Shown in pieces: positions 28,193 to 37,823 of a stretch of 64,000 nt of DNA. The notes beneath the pieces are model-generated. The model was not told the DNA's origin, searched no databases, and saw nothing but the letters and a program-made list of their open reading frames with translations. Origin of the DNA: a bacterium (lineage in GTDB: Bacteria > Patescibacteriota > Patescibacteriia > Patescibacteriales > GWC2-42-12); assembly GCA_030650415.1 (NCBI GenBank), contig JAUSEG010000017.1, positions 16,885-80,884 of the forward strand, written 5' to 3'. Each line of letters begins with the position of its first letter. Position 1 is the first letter of the stretch. The translations under genes and the position numbers were made by a program.

Positions 28193-29518
28193 ATGTCTAT
28201 GGTAAAAAATAAAAAAAATAATATAGCTAGAGTATATCTTGATAATGCGGCGACCACGCCGACAGCCAAGGAGGTTTTAAAAGCCATGACGCCATATTTT
28301 TTTGATGTTTTGGGTAATCCATCGGCTTTGCATTTTGACGGGCGCCGGGCAAAAGGCGCGCTTGGTTTGGCTCGGCAGCAAGTAGCAAAAATAATTAACG
28401 CGGAGTCCGCCGAAATAATTTTTTGCGGCAGCGGCACGGAGTCGGATAATCTGGCAATTTTAGGCGCGGCCAGATTATATAAGCCGAAAGGCGCCCATCT
28501 TTTGACGACCAATATCGAGCATCACGCCGTTCTGCATTCGGTTGAGCGCTTGGAAAATAAAGAAGGTTTTAAAGTCTCAATTTTGGGGGTTGAGGAAAAC
28601 GGGATTATAAATTCGAAGAAAATTTTTGCCAATATCAGTCCGGAAACCATTTTGATCTCCGTGATGTACGCCAATAATGAAATTGGAACGATTCAGCCGA
28701 TAAAAAAAATCGGCGGGTTAATTAAAAAATGGAAACAGAAAAATAATCGCGGGCCGACAGAGCCGCCGTTTTTTCATACCGACGCTTGTCAGGCGGCCGG
28801 ATATTTAGATTTAGACGTTAAAAAATTGGGTGTTGACCTTATGACCTTAAACGGCAGTAAAATCTACGGACCCAAGGGCGTGGGTGTGCTTTACGTCAGG
28901 CGAGGCATCAGTTTGGAACCGCTGATTTTTGGCGGAGGCCAGGAAAGAGGATTAAGATCAGGCACGGAAAATTTAGCCGGCATCGTGGGTTTTGCCAAAG
29001 CTTTGGAATTGGCGCAAAAAAATCGAAAGAAAGAAATTTCGCGATTAACGATTTTAAGAGACTACTTTTTTAAACAAATTTTGAAAAATATTCCCAAAAC
29101 CTTTATTAATGGAGATTTAAAAAATCGATTGCCCAACAACGTTAATGTTTCAATCTTGGATATTGAGGGTGAAGCGATGCTCTTATACTTGGATGAAGCG
29201 GGCGTAAGCGCTTCGACCGGTTCAGCCTGCGATTCATCGCGGCTTGAACCATCGCATGTTATTTTAGCCTTGGGGCGGCCCTATGAATACGCCCATGGCA
29301 GCTTGCGCTTTACTCTGGGCAAGCAAACGACTAAAAAAGAGATTGATTATACCGTAAAAGAGCTTAAAAGAGTAACGGAAAAATTAAGAAAGATTTCTCC
29401 GTTAAATTTTAAACTCGGAGAAGAAAAGTTGTTTTGTCCATCAAGAATTTTCGTCCAAGGCGGCCGGCCGCATTGGGAAAGGAAAAAAATAAATAAGCCA
29501 GCCGCTGTAAAGCCATAA
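28193..29518 (+). CDS. iscS: Cysteine desulfurase (IscS/NifS)
   Basis: YLDNAATT, GNPS, HTDA.Q, K+YGPKG, RSGTEN, STGSAC. Confidence 0.93.
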   Translation: MSMVKNKKNNIARVYLDNAATTPTAKEVLKAMTPYFFDVLGNPSALHFDGRRAKGALGLARQQVAKIINAESAEIIFCGSGTESDNLAILGAARLYKPKGAHLLTTNIEHHAVLHSVERLENKEGFKVSILGVEENGIINSKKIFANISPETILISVMYANNEIGTIQPIKKIGGLIKKWKQKNNRGPTEPPFFHTDACQAAGYLDLDVKKLGVDLMTLNGSKIYGPKGVGVLYVRRGISLEPLIFGGGQERGLRSGTENLAGIVGFAKALELAQKNRKKEISRLTILRDYFFKQILKNIPKTFINGDLKNRLPNNVNVSILDIEGEAMLLYLDEAGVSASTGSACDSSRLEPSHVILALGRPYEYAHGSLRFTLGKQTTKKEIDYTVKELKRVTEKLRKISPLNFKLGEEKLFCPSRIFVQGGRPHWERKKINKPAAVKP

Positions 29519-29592
29519 AAAAATAAATAATAATTTCACATGATAGTTTCTGCCGCGGAGTAATTTACATTAAATTAATAATGTTTTAAAAT

Positions 29593-30267
29593 ATGAAAAA
29601 AGTTAAAAAGAAAATTAATTTTAAAAGCGATGTCATGAACCAATCTACCGGCCAATCGTGGGTATATTCCGATGTCGTTAAAGACCATTTTTTTAATCCG
29701 CAAAATTTACTTTTAGAAGATCCTGAGCCGGGTGAATACGATGCCGTAGGCGAAGTAGGCAGCCCGGCCTGCGGCGATGTCATGAAAATGTGGGTTAAGG
29801 TGGATAAAAAAAGCGATAAAATTAAGGATTTGAGATGGCGAACCTTCGGCTGCGGTTCGGCAATCGCCGCCACCTCGATGTTTTCCGCGATGGTTAAAGA
29901 GGCGGGCGGGATGAAAATAAACCTGGCCTTAAAAATCAAGCCCCAAGATATCATGAAGAGATTGGGCGGACTGCCGGAGAGAAAAATCCATTGCTCGGTG
30001 CTCGCTGATAAAGCTTTTAGAAAAGCCATGAATAACTATTTTAGGGTCAGCGACCAGCCCCAGAGGATTATCGCTCTAAGCGGAAGAATTATTGATAAGC
30101 GGCTGAACATCACTGATAAAGATATTGAAGAGGCGGTTTTGGAAGGCGCGCGCAATTTAGTGGAGGTGCAAAGAAAATTAAAAGTCGGCGTAGGCGACAA
30201 AGCGGCCATACCCGAACTTGAGCAGCTTATAAGATTTTATGTGGAAAAATATTACGGTAAAGGATAG
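29593..30267 (+). CDS. IscU/NifU N-terminal scaffold with degenerate BFD-like domain
   Basis: PACGD, FGCGSAIA, KIHCS; C-terminal BFD-like region without Cys. Confidence 0.88.
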   Translation: MKKVKKKINFKSDVMNQSTGQSWVYSDVVKDHFFNPQNLLLEDPEPGEYDAVGEVGSPACGDVMKMWVKVDKKSDKIKDLRWRTFGCGSAIAATSMFSAMVKEAGGMKINLALKIKPQDIMKRLGGLPERKIHCSVLADKAFRKAMNNYFRVSDQPQRIIALSGRIIDKRLNITDKDIEEAVLEGARNLVEVQRKLKVGVGDKAAIPELEQLIRFYVEKYYGKG

Positions 30268-30323
30268 CTTTATGTTTTAAAATAAAATTAGTAGAGTTAA
30301 TAAATTATTAAGTTAAAAAATTT

Positions 30324-30599
30324 ATGGTAAAAGCTAAAATTATAAAAAAAACCGACTCTGCCGAAGCAATTGTGGATAAAATAAAGAAAGTTATTGATCA
30401 AATCAGGCCGTCTTTGCAAATGGACGGAGGAGATGTCCAATTCATTGATTTTAACGCCGAATCCGGCCTGTTAAAAGTTGAGTTAATCGGTCATTGCGCT
30501 CATTGCCCGATGTCAACCGTAACTTTAAAGCAGGGGATTGAGGCGGAAATTATGCGAACCGTGCCGGAGGTTAAAGAGGTCAGAGCGGTGCAGATGTAA
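30324..30599 (+). CDS. NifU C-terminal/NfuA-type Fe-S carrier
   Basis: 'IRP.LQ.DGGDV', 'G.C..CP.S..TLK.GIE'. Confidence 0.9.
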   Translation: MVKAKIIKKTDSAEAIVDKIKKVIDQIRPSLQMDGGDVQFIDFNAESGLLKVELIGHCAHCPMSTVTLKQGIEAEIMRTVPEVKEVRAVQM

Positions 30600-30701
30600 A
30601 ATTTTCAATTATTAATGAATTAATTTTTAAATGTTTATTTATTTTTTGTTTGGAAATTAAAACATTGAGACATTGTTTAGAAATTGAAAATTAGAAATTT
30701 T
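30599..30701. repeat. Heptamer-periodic inverted-repeat element
   Basis: aattttcaatt...cattgtttagaaattgaaaattagaaatt. Confidence 0.65.
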
Positions 30702-30716
30702 TAACTTAAAAATATT

Positions 30717-31910
30717 ATAAAAAAATATATTTATTTAGACCATAGCGCCACCACGCCGGTGGACAAGGCGGTTCTAAAAGCGATGTTACCGTATTTTTCC
30801 GATAAATACGGCAACGCTTCTTCGCTTCATGCTTTCGGCCAAATAGCCGCCAAGGCGGTTAATCAAGCGCGGGAGAATATCGCTAAATTATTAAATTGCG
30901 GGATCGAAGAAGTAATTTTTACTTCCGGCGCCACCGAAGCGGATAATTTGGCGGTTTTCGGCTTGGTCAACGCTTTAAGAAAAAATAACAATGATAAGCT
31001 TCATATTATAACTTCAGCGATCGAGCATCCGGCGGTGCTGGAACCGTTAAAAATATTAGCAGGTCAGGGAGTCGAAGTCACCTATTTGCCGGTTGGCAAG
31101 AGCGGCCTGGTTGATTTGGAAATTTTTAAAAAGTCCATCAAAGACAACACGGTTTTAGTTTCGATTATGTATGTTAACAGTGAAATCGGCATTATTGAGC
31201 CGATCAGGGAAATTGGTGAAGTCATTGAAAAAATTAATGCCGAGAGAGCAGGCCAAGGCGGTAAGAAAAGAATTTATTTTCATACTGATGCCGTTCAGGC
31301 CTTAAATTTTTTGGATTGCGACACCAAAAAACTTCATCTCGATCTTTTATCATTTTCCGGACATAAAATATATGGGCCTAAGGGAATAGGCGTTTTATTC
31401 GTTAAATCCGGCACACCGATTCAAGGTCTGCAATTGGGCGGCCACCACGAAAAAAATTTAAGAAGCGGCACCTTAAACGTTCCGGGCATCGTCGGCCTCG
31501 CTGAAGCCTTAAGAACTTGCTCACGGGACAGAGAAAAAAACAATAAGAAAATTTTAAAATTGAGAAATAACTTTGTCGCTGCGGTTAAAAAGCGAATAAA
31601 AAACGTGAGAGTAAATACCGATTTAAAAAAATCCACGCCGTCGCTGGCCAGTATTTCTTTTGTTGGCGCCGAGGGCGAATCGATCTTAATCGCTTTGGAT
31701 TTAAGCGGCGTGGCGGTTTCTACCGGCTCGGCTTGCGCTTCGGCGAGCCTAAAGGCCTCGCCGGTCTTACTCGCTATCGGTATAAAAGAAGAAACCTGCC
31801 ATAGCACCATAAGGTTCAGTTTCGGAAAAAATAATACTGAAGCTGAGGTTAAAAAAGTCTTAAAAATATTACCACCGATAATTGAGAGATTAAGGAAAAT
31901 GGCTCCCTAG
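30717..31910 (+). CDS. iscS: Second cysteine desulfurase (IscS/NifS); apparent ATA start
   Basis: Conserved 'KKYIYLDHSATTPV' lies upstream of the first GTG; HTDAVQ, SGHKIYGPKG, RSGT.N, STGSAC. Confidence 0.88.
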   Translation: MKKYIYLDHSATTPVDKAVLKAMLPYFSDKYGNASSLHAFGQIAAKAVNQARENIAKLLNCGIEEVIFTSGATEADNLAVFGLVNALRKNNNDKLHIITSAIEHPAVLEPLKILAGQGVEVTYLPVGKSGLVDLEIFKKSIKDNTVLVSIMYVNSEIGIIEPIREIGEVIEKINAERAGQGGKKRIYFHTDAVQALNFLDCDTKKLHLDLLSFSGHKIYGPKGIGVLFVKSGTPIQGLQLGGHHEKNLRSGTLNVPGIVGLAEALRTCSRDREKNNKKILKLRNNFVAAVKKRIKNVRVNTDLKKSTPSLASISFVGAEGESILIALDLSGVAVSTGSACASASLKASPVLLAIGIKEETCHSTIRFSFGKNNTEAEVKKVLKILPPIIERLRKMAP

Positions 31911-31996
31911 CTTTTAATCAATTTGCAGTCAGTTTAATAAAAAACGCCTCCCTAGCTTTTAATCAATTTGCAGTCAGTTTAATAAAAAACGCCTCC
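31903..31996. repeat. Perfect 45-bp tandem duplication
   Basis: ctccctagcttttaatcaatttgcagtcagtttaataaaaaacgc twice. Confidence 0.9.
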
Positions 31997-32022
31997 GTCA
32001 AAATTTGACGGAGGCGTTTTTT
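31984..32022. terminator. Bidirectional intrinsic terminator
   Basis: aaaaaacgcctccgtcaaaatttgacggaggcgtttttt between convergent operons. Confidence 0.85.
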
Positions 32023-32025
32023 ATT

Positions 32026-32304
32026 TTAACGGAAGGGGCTAATTATATCATTGATTTTTTTTGGTTGAGTTTTTTCTGTAATTTTATCGATTATTGAATT
32101 AAATTTTTCTATGTCCACGGTATAGAGGGCGACCTTTCCCTGGAGAACGATGATTTTTTTAGATTGGGTGATGGTTTGATAGAAGTTCTTATACAAAAAA
32201 ATGGAAACGAAAATTAAAACGATGGAAGTTATAAAAATAATAATCACGGTCAGCCAGCTGGAGATTTTTTTTGGGGATAAATTCAATTGTTTTTTTGTTA
32301 TCAT
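32026..32304 (-). CDS. Small membrane protein at the end of the pil operon
   Basis: MITKKQ..., one TM, adjacent to pilO-like gene. Confidence 0.6.
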   Translation of the reverse strand: MITKKQLNLSPKKISSWLTVIIIFITSIVLIFVSIFLYKNFYQTITQSKKIIVLQGKVALYTVDIEKFNSIIDKITEKTQPKKINDIISPFR

Positions 32305-32305
32305 A

Positions 32306-32899
32306 TTATTCCCAGTAAGTGTCGGCATCAATAAGCATATTAATAACTCCGCTCTTGCCTGCGGTTTCCGTCTGATCCTGGTTAGTTGTTTTTTCATTGC
32401 CAGCGGCGGGTGTAAGTTCCAATGACTTTACATTAATATAATAGCTCAATGATTCTAAATTTATAAGATATTTTAGCTGATTATTAAAATTTCCATTGGT
32501 CGAAAGCTGCAAATTATTTTTTTGTAACTCTTGGTTTTCTATGTTTTTCGGCGAGCTTAAATTTATTTTTTGGCTTACCTGGCTGTTATTAGCTTCGTTT
32601 TCTATAGTGGTGATGAATTCCAGTTCGCGATTTTTATTAATAAAAATTTGATCCAGCGAACTTAATTTAGGTTCAATCTTTTTAAGATTTTCCGTCAGTT
32701 GCCTTAAACTGCTGCCTTTAATATACTTTTTTTCCAGATCCACCATTTGCTCTTCTATTTTTTGGCTCATGGTTTGTATATCTTCAATTGTCGGAACAAC
32801 GATAAAATAAATCAAACCGAAAATTATTAAAACAAAGCCGACTATCATAACAATAATCTTGTTTTTTAAACTGAATTTTTGGTACTTGCTAAGTATCAT
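32306..32899 (-). CDS. Type IV pilus PilO-like protein
   Basis: TM, coiled coil, 'GNF....YL..LE.L.Y.+.V'. Confidence 0.75.
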   Translation of the reverse strand: MILSKYQKFSLKNKIIVMIVGFVLIIFGLIYFIVVPTIEDIQTMSQKIEEQMVDLEKKYIKGSSLRQLTENLKKIEPKLSSLDQIFINKNRELEFITTIENEANNSQVSQKINLSSPKNIENQELQKNNLQLSTNGNFNNQLKYLINLESLSYYINVKSLELTPAAGNEKTTNQDQTETAGKSGVINMLIDADTYWE

Positions 32900-32907
32900 A
32901 AAGATTC

Positions 32908-33471
32908 TTATAAGCTTGACAAATTAAGTTTGGCGTTAATTTCAAAGTCAATATTTTCTTTTTCCAGAATATTTTTAATCGGAAATTCAATATCTCTAAA
33001 ATAGTCGGCGTTCTCCATTTTTCCCTTAAAGTCCAGAAGACTGCTTCTAAGCTTAGCCTTGCCTTTGATTTTTATCGTTTGTGCCGCAGAATCAAGTTTA
33101 ATATAATAAAAATTAATATCAGGCGGCGTCATTTCGGCCAGATCTTTAATTAAGTTTGACCAGGGGATGAATTCGTTCTGAATTTTTACAATAAAATTTA
33201 ATTTATTGTTTATCTCTCGAACATTATTATTATAGCCCTGATTGGATTTTGTGACTAAGGTCGTCTGGCTGACGATTTCATTGAATTTTGACTGAAGGAT
33301 AACTCTTGCGACCAGAAGAACGATAGCAATGGCAATTATAATAATTATCAAAGTCAAATTAACGGTTTTTATAAAACTGTAAATATGGCGCAATTTGATT
33401 TCTTTTTTTTGTCCCGAAGAAATTAGGTTTAAAGTTAGCATAGTGGATGGCAATTTATCAATATTCGTCAA
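32908..33471 (-). CDS. Type IV pilus PilN-like protein
   Basis: 'LNL+', TM, 'WS.L+.DL...P','I.G.A..R..L..F'. Confidence 0.75.
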   Translation of the reverse strand: MTNIDKLPSTMLTLNLISSGQKKEIKLRHIYSFIKTVNLTLIIIIIAIAIVLLVARVILQSKFNEIVSQTTLVTKSNQGYNNNVREINNKLNFIVKIQNEFIPWSNLIKDLAEMTPPDINFYYIKLDSAAQTIKIKGKAKLRSSLLDFKGKMENADYFRDIEFPIKNILEKENIDFEINAKLNLSSL

Positions 33472-34639
33472 TGAAAATTCCTCTTAAAGCCAGCCCAATA
33501 GCGGTAGCATAAGCGGCGCTGGTGTTTTGTTTAATGGATAAACTTTTTTCTTCACACTTTGAATCGAGTTTAGGAGTTTTAATGTCGAGCACGTGTTTTT
33601 CTGTAAAGAATTTATTAAACCTGGCTTGGTCTTCGTTCAGGTTGGTTAAAGTGTCGGCTAGCCTTACCTCAACTGGCAATTCTTGGCCAATAATTTTTAC
33701 CAGATTGGTTATATTGGCGCCGCCGCCACTGAGTAAGATTTGATTTAACGCGCCGTGTTCGCAAAAGTAATTTTCATAATACTGAATGGCTTCTTTAATC
33801 TTTTCCACCAGATTTTTTACCGTATCGGCCAGGATTTCTTTAATTACCCCGTTAGCTTTAGTTTCATCCATGCCACAGATTATTTTAGCCTTTTCCGCCT
33901 GTTCTTTGGTCAGAGCCAGCGCCTTGGAAATTTTCGCAGTAACTTCTCCGCCGGAGATTGGCATGCTAACGGTAAAAAGAATGGTGTTATTGGAATAAAA
34001 AATCATGCAAGTATGATCGGCGCCAATATCAATCAAGCCGTAATTTATGCCGATTTCCGGTTTATTCTTAGTTCCGGAAATTAATGGTTTTAAATTGGGA
34101 GCCTCTTCTTTTAAGAGGCTCCGAGCGATAGCCGTCGGCTCAATTTCCAAGGCTACCGGGGATAGCTTCGCTTCATCAAGCATGGCCGTATATTGATCGA
34201 CTATTTCTTTGGGCGCGGCGCCGATTAAGATAAAATATTTTTCGGTTGTTTCTTTTATCACTTGCCAGTCGTAGTAAATCTCGCTTTTTGACAGCGGAAC
34301 ATGTTTTTCTATTTCACTGCCGATAATGTCGATTAAGGCATTAGGTGATTTTTGAACTTCAATTGATTTAATAAAAGTTTTTGATTCCGGCAAGCAGGCG
34401 ACCACTTCCTTGGAGCTGGTTTTACCGAAGGCGGGTGAGGAAACGATTTTTCTAATTGCCTTAATTAGTTCGGGTTTATTTATTATTTCGCCTTTATTAA
34501 TTGTATTTTTTGGCAAACTTAACTTTCCTAAGGCCTGGATGGTTATTTTATCCCTGACTTTGTTAAGTTGGACCAATTTTATGGATAAATCCGAAATATC
34601 TAAACCAATCGGGTAAGTTGAGTTATTAGTTAATATCAT
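33458..34639 (-). CDS. pilM: Type IV pilus assembly protein PilM
   Basis: GLDISD.SIK, DIGA, LSGGGA, ATAIGLALR. Confidence 0.9.
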   Translation of the reverse strand: MILTNNSTYPIGLDISDLSIKLVQLNKVRDKITIQALGKLSLPKNTINKGEIINKPELIKAIRKIVSSPAFGKTSSKEVVACLPESKTFIKSIEVQKSPNALIDIIGSEIEKHVPLSKSEIYYDWQVIKETTEKYFILIGAAPKEIVDQYTAMLDEAKLSPVALEIEPTAIARSLLKEEAPNLKPLISGTKNKPEIGINYGLIDIGADHTCMIFYSNNTILFTVSMPISGGEVTAKISKALALTKEQAEKAKIICGMDETKANGVIKEILADTVKNLVEKIKEAIQYYENYFCEHGALNQILLSGGGANITNLVKIIGQELPVEVRLADTLTNLNEDQARFNKFFTEKHVLDIKTPKLDSKCEEKSLSIKQNTSAAYATAIGLALRGIFIDEY

Positions 34640-34668
34640 AGATATATTATACCATAAAAAACCGATAA

Positions 34669-35907
34669 TTAATATTCTTCCTCCCAATGTTCAACCGTCA
34701 TGACCGGGGAAATTGAGCTTACGCCCAGAGCCTCGTTGATTATACTGTTGTCGTAATAAATATTTATTGGCAGCCAAACGCTGGTGATGGTTAGCTTCCT
34801 GCCAATCAGGCCGCCGGTTATAGAATTAGTAAAACCCAGGGGCAGGCTTAAGAGATTAAATTGATCGTTGGCGTAAACTACGCCGGTAATATTGATGTTG
34901 CCGCTCCATAAATCAAAGTTGACCTTTCTTTTGGCGAAAATTCCCGATCGTTGCCCGGCTATTCTAGTAACAGTTAAGTGGCTGTTGCCGCAGCGTGATC
35001 CCCGGCAACGGCTAGAGGCAAGGTTAAAATCGCGGCCGGCGGCCAATAGTCCTTTAACGACTAAAGTTTGCGCTCCGTAAACATTTATATCGCCGTCAAC
35101 GTAAGTTATTGGCCCGTTTAAAGTTAGGTTTTGATTATTCTGCATTAGAGTGTCGAATTGAGCTTGCGTATAGACGACAGTGGCTCGATTTTTTAAAGAA
35201 TTGGCGTCGGTTGAATCGAAATCAATCGCCGGCATCTGAATAGGGGCTGCGGCCGGTTTATTGGGATCGTTAGCGGCATAGATTCTGCCGCCGACATTAA
35301 CGGTCGCGAGCCATGATTCAATGTATTGGTTAACGACGTTTAAATTTTCATCAACGTTAACGGTGCTCAAAAGCTTAATGTTATAAACATTGTTTGAGTG
35401 CGAGCCGCCATCATGAAAGTAAATATTGCTTAAAGCAATATCGACGTTGCCGTCGGCGTAAGAGGCGTTATTCCCTATGCCGGCTTGTCCCATAGCTCTG
35501 AAAACCGCGGTTTCGACTATTCTCTGGCTGGTAGCGCCATTATTTAATCCAATAGTGCCGGTGGAAATAATCGTGCCATGAGCCAGGCTGGTGTTGGTTA
35601 TAGTTACAGTGTATGAACCGTTGCCGGCGCCGAAGGGGTCGGTTCTTGAAAAAGTTATTGTCCAGCTCGGGTTAGTTTCAAAATTTTGTTTGTAGGCGGC
35701 GTCATTTTTTAATTTCCAAACCATCTCTTGGATGCCGGCTTCGGCCAAATAGTAAGTTTTTGCTCCCCAGGACTGGCTGATGGCGATTCGATTTTCTATT
35801 AAAGCGGCATCTAAAAGATAGACGGCTAAAAACATGATTGTCGTCATCAGTAAAATCGTCATGATTAACTCTATGCCTCGATGGTTTTTTATGATGGAAG
35901 TTTTCAT
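34669..35907 (-). CDS. PilX-like minor pilin/adhesin
   Basis: RG|IELIM prepilin-like site; 'YYLAEAG+'. Confidence 0.75.
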   Translation of the reverse strand: MKTSIIKNHRGIELIMTILLMTTIMFLAVYLLDAALIENRIAISQSWGAKTYYLAEAGIQEMVWKLKNDAAYKQNFETNPSWTITFSRTDPFGAGNGSYTVTITNTSLAHGTIISTGTIGLNNGATSQRIVETAVFRAMGQAGIGNNASYADGNVDIALSNIYFHDGGSHSNNVYNIKLLSTVNVDENLNVVNQYIESWLATVNVGGRIYAANDPNKPAAAPIQMPAIDFDSTDANSLKNRATVVYTQAQFDTLMQNNQNLTLNGPITYVDGDINVYGAQTLVVKGLLAAGRDFNLASSRCRGSRCGNSHLTVTRIAGQRSGIFAKRKVNFDLWSGNINITGVVYANDQFNLLSLPLGFTNSITGGLIGRKLTITSVWLPINIYYDNSIINEALGVSSISPVMTVEHWEEEY

Positions 35908-35908
35908 A

Positions 35909-36514
35909 TCAATGATTTCTGCTATAAACCATGGTATCAAGCTCAAAAAGGTTTTTATTTTTAGCAAGTTTTATGTAAATATTGACTAAACCGCTAGCTC
36001 CCCAGAATTCTAAGCCGTTAAAGTATTCTCCGACCGTCTGATCGCTAATTATCAATTCCAGGGGCGAGTTGCCGGCTTGATCAACGCTGTTATAAGTAAC
36101 ATAGGTTTCCGGCTCATTGTTAAAATAATAAGCTTTTTGAACTCGGTTAAGGTTTGTTCCTTCAAGCCGGTATAAAATATAAGTAGTCAAACTGGTATTA
36201 TGGCCGTCCTGAAAAAATATTTGATTAATTGGCGGATTTCCCGGGTCAGTATCGGTTGGAGGCAGGGAAGAAACGATGGTTTCCGATTGGCGCAGTTCTC
36301 GCGAAAGCCGATCCAGGGCGACTCTGGCATTCTGGGTTAGCTCGGCTAGATTGGAATTTTTATTATAAGCAGACTGCGAAATGGTAAACATGCTGTTAAT
36401 TAAGAGAATTAAAACCACGAATAAAGATAAGCTGATCATTACTTCTATTAAAGTAAAACCTGCCGGACTTTTGACTTGGCTTTTGACTTTATTTTTTATA
36501 AAAATTTTATTCAT
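35909..36514 (-). CDS. Prepilin-type minor pilin (PilW-like)
   Basis: G|FTLIEVMI; 'R..LD.LSRELR'. Confidence 0.85.
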   Translation of the reverse strand: MNKIFIKNKVKSQVKSPAGFTLIEVMISLSLFVVLILLINSMFTISQSAYNKNSNLAELTQNARVALDRLSRELRQSETIVSSLPPTDTDPGNPPINQIFFQDGHNTSLTTYILYRLEGTNLNRVQKAYYFNNEPETYVTYNSVDQAGNSPLELIISDQTVGEYFNGLEFWGASGLVNIYIKLAKNKNLFELDTMVYSRNH

Positions 36515-36518
36515 TTTG

Positions 36519-36621
36519 CTTGCCCCGTTAAATTAATTATTTTCGGGGGAGGTTATTTATTGATAGGTATTTAATCGTTGTTATTTTTCGTCTATAGATT
36601 AGTTTATTTAACCGGGGTAAA
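36519..36621. mobile_element. Palindromic miniature element CTTG-CCCCGTTAAAT...ATTTAACCGGGG-TAAA
   Basis: Terminal inverted repeats; supplies the last codons of ORF 36604-37314. Confidence 0.65.
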
Positions 36622-37314
36622 TTTAAAAGCTGATAAAGCCTGTTCGGCTTCCTTGGTGAATTCAGCCGACTCCTCGCTGTATTTTAAAATATAATTAAGA
36701 TTATTTTTTATTAATAAAATATAAATATTTTTTATTTTGGCCATAAAGTTATTTAAAGTTAACTTCGTTCCGGCAACCCCGGCCAGAACAATCGGCTCTT
36801 CGGTTAAAGAAACCAGTCCGGGATATTTTTTAGCCTCGGCTTTAGCCTGTTGAATTTCATTGTTGGTTTCGCCGGATATAACCTCAATAGTTATGGCGCC
36901 TTGCCCGTTTTTTGGCGGTACCGCGCCTAAGGAGATATTATTTTCCGCGCGAATTCTTATCGGCCAGTCCGGAGGGAAGTTAATTTCGTAAAAATAAGTA
37001 TAATTCTTATAATAGCCCGGCTTCGCATTAGGAATAGTTTGTTTTTCTACCGGTGGTGTAACCCTTTTTACTTCTTCGTTCGGCGCGGCTGTCGGATCGG
37101 TTTTTTTTGAAGCGGTTTGATTATTACTAACCGACGCCGTCTGATTTGAAGATCTGACGTCGGGGGTTTTATGAAGGTTAGCCGCTTTAGCTAAATCTTG
37201 CCTGACTTTATCATCTAAATATTCCGTGTAGCCTAAATAACCTAAAGCTATCAGGCCTAAAATTATCACTATATTTATAATTGAGATTCCGCCCCTGAGG
37301 TTTTTCATTACCAT
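36604..37314 (-). CDS. Membrane-anchored PsbP-like domain protein
   Basis: Pilin-like N-terminus; 'Y.N..Y.Y.I.FP.DW' ... 'F...LS.FKF'. Confidence 0.65.
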   Translation of the reverse strand: MVMKNLRGGISIINIVIILGLIALGYLGYTEYLDDKVRQDLAKAANLHKTPDVRSSNQTASVSNNQTASKKTDPTAAPNEEVKRVTPPVEKQTIPNAKPGYYKNYTYFYEINFPPDWPIRIRAENNISLGAVPPKNGQGAITIEVISGETNNEIQQAKAEAKKYPGLVSLTEEPIVLAGVAGTKLTLNNFMAKIKNIYILLIKNNLNYILKYSEESAEFTKEAEQALSAFKFTPVK

Positions 37315-37823
37315 TGGTTTATTAAAGTTGTCGTAACGTAAGTTTTTTCCGTCTTGGAAAAAGAATTAATATAGTAAACGGTAACAGTGATTTTTTTTAA
37401 ACCCAGATCAGCCGCGGAAATTCCTAAGTTGCCATCAACATATTGCGCCTGGGTTTGCCGCTGAAAATAATATAAATAGCTGGCCGGATCCAGGGATAAT
37501 TTATGTTTAACCTCAATCACGCCCGTTGCAATGTCGCCGTAACCCAAAGAATAAAGATGTTCGAGCTGGCTTTGCGCTAAGTATGAAGCCTTGGTGGAAT
37601 TTTCAGCGGTTTTATTAATCATTAGTCCGCGGGGGAATGAATAGGCTAAGCTGATAAAGACCATGGAAAAAATAAAGAAAGCCACCATGGTTTCAATCAG
37701 AGTAAACCCCGTTAGAGAACTTTTAATAGTTGACAGTATCTTTAATGACCGTCGATTTAAGTCGGTAGTATTCTCTAACGGGGTAAATCCTTTTTCTAAA
37801 TTTTGTTTATGGCAACTCAACAT
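37308..37823 (-). CDS. Prepilin-type minor pilin (PilV-like) with in-frame palindromic insertion in the leader
   Basis: G|FTLIE; 'A..LAQ..LE'; 'K+ITVTV'. Confidence 0.85.
   Translation of the reverse strand: MLSCHKQNLEKGFTPLENTTDLNRRSLKILSTIKSSLTGFTLIETMVAFFIFSMVFISLAYSFPRGLMINKTAENSTKASYLAQSQLEHLYSLGYGDIATGVIEVKHKLSLDPASYLYYFQRQTQAQYVDGNLGISAADLGLKKITVTVYYINSFSKTEKTYVTTTLINQW
37703..37787. mobile_element. Palindromic miniature element, in-frame (81 bp net)
   Basis: TAAA-CCCCGTTAGAGAA...TTCTCTAACGGGG-TAAA. Confidence 0.75.
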
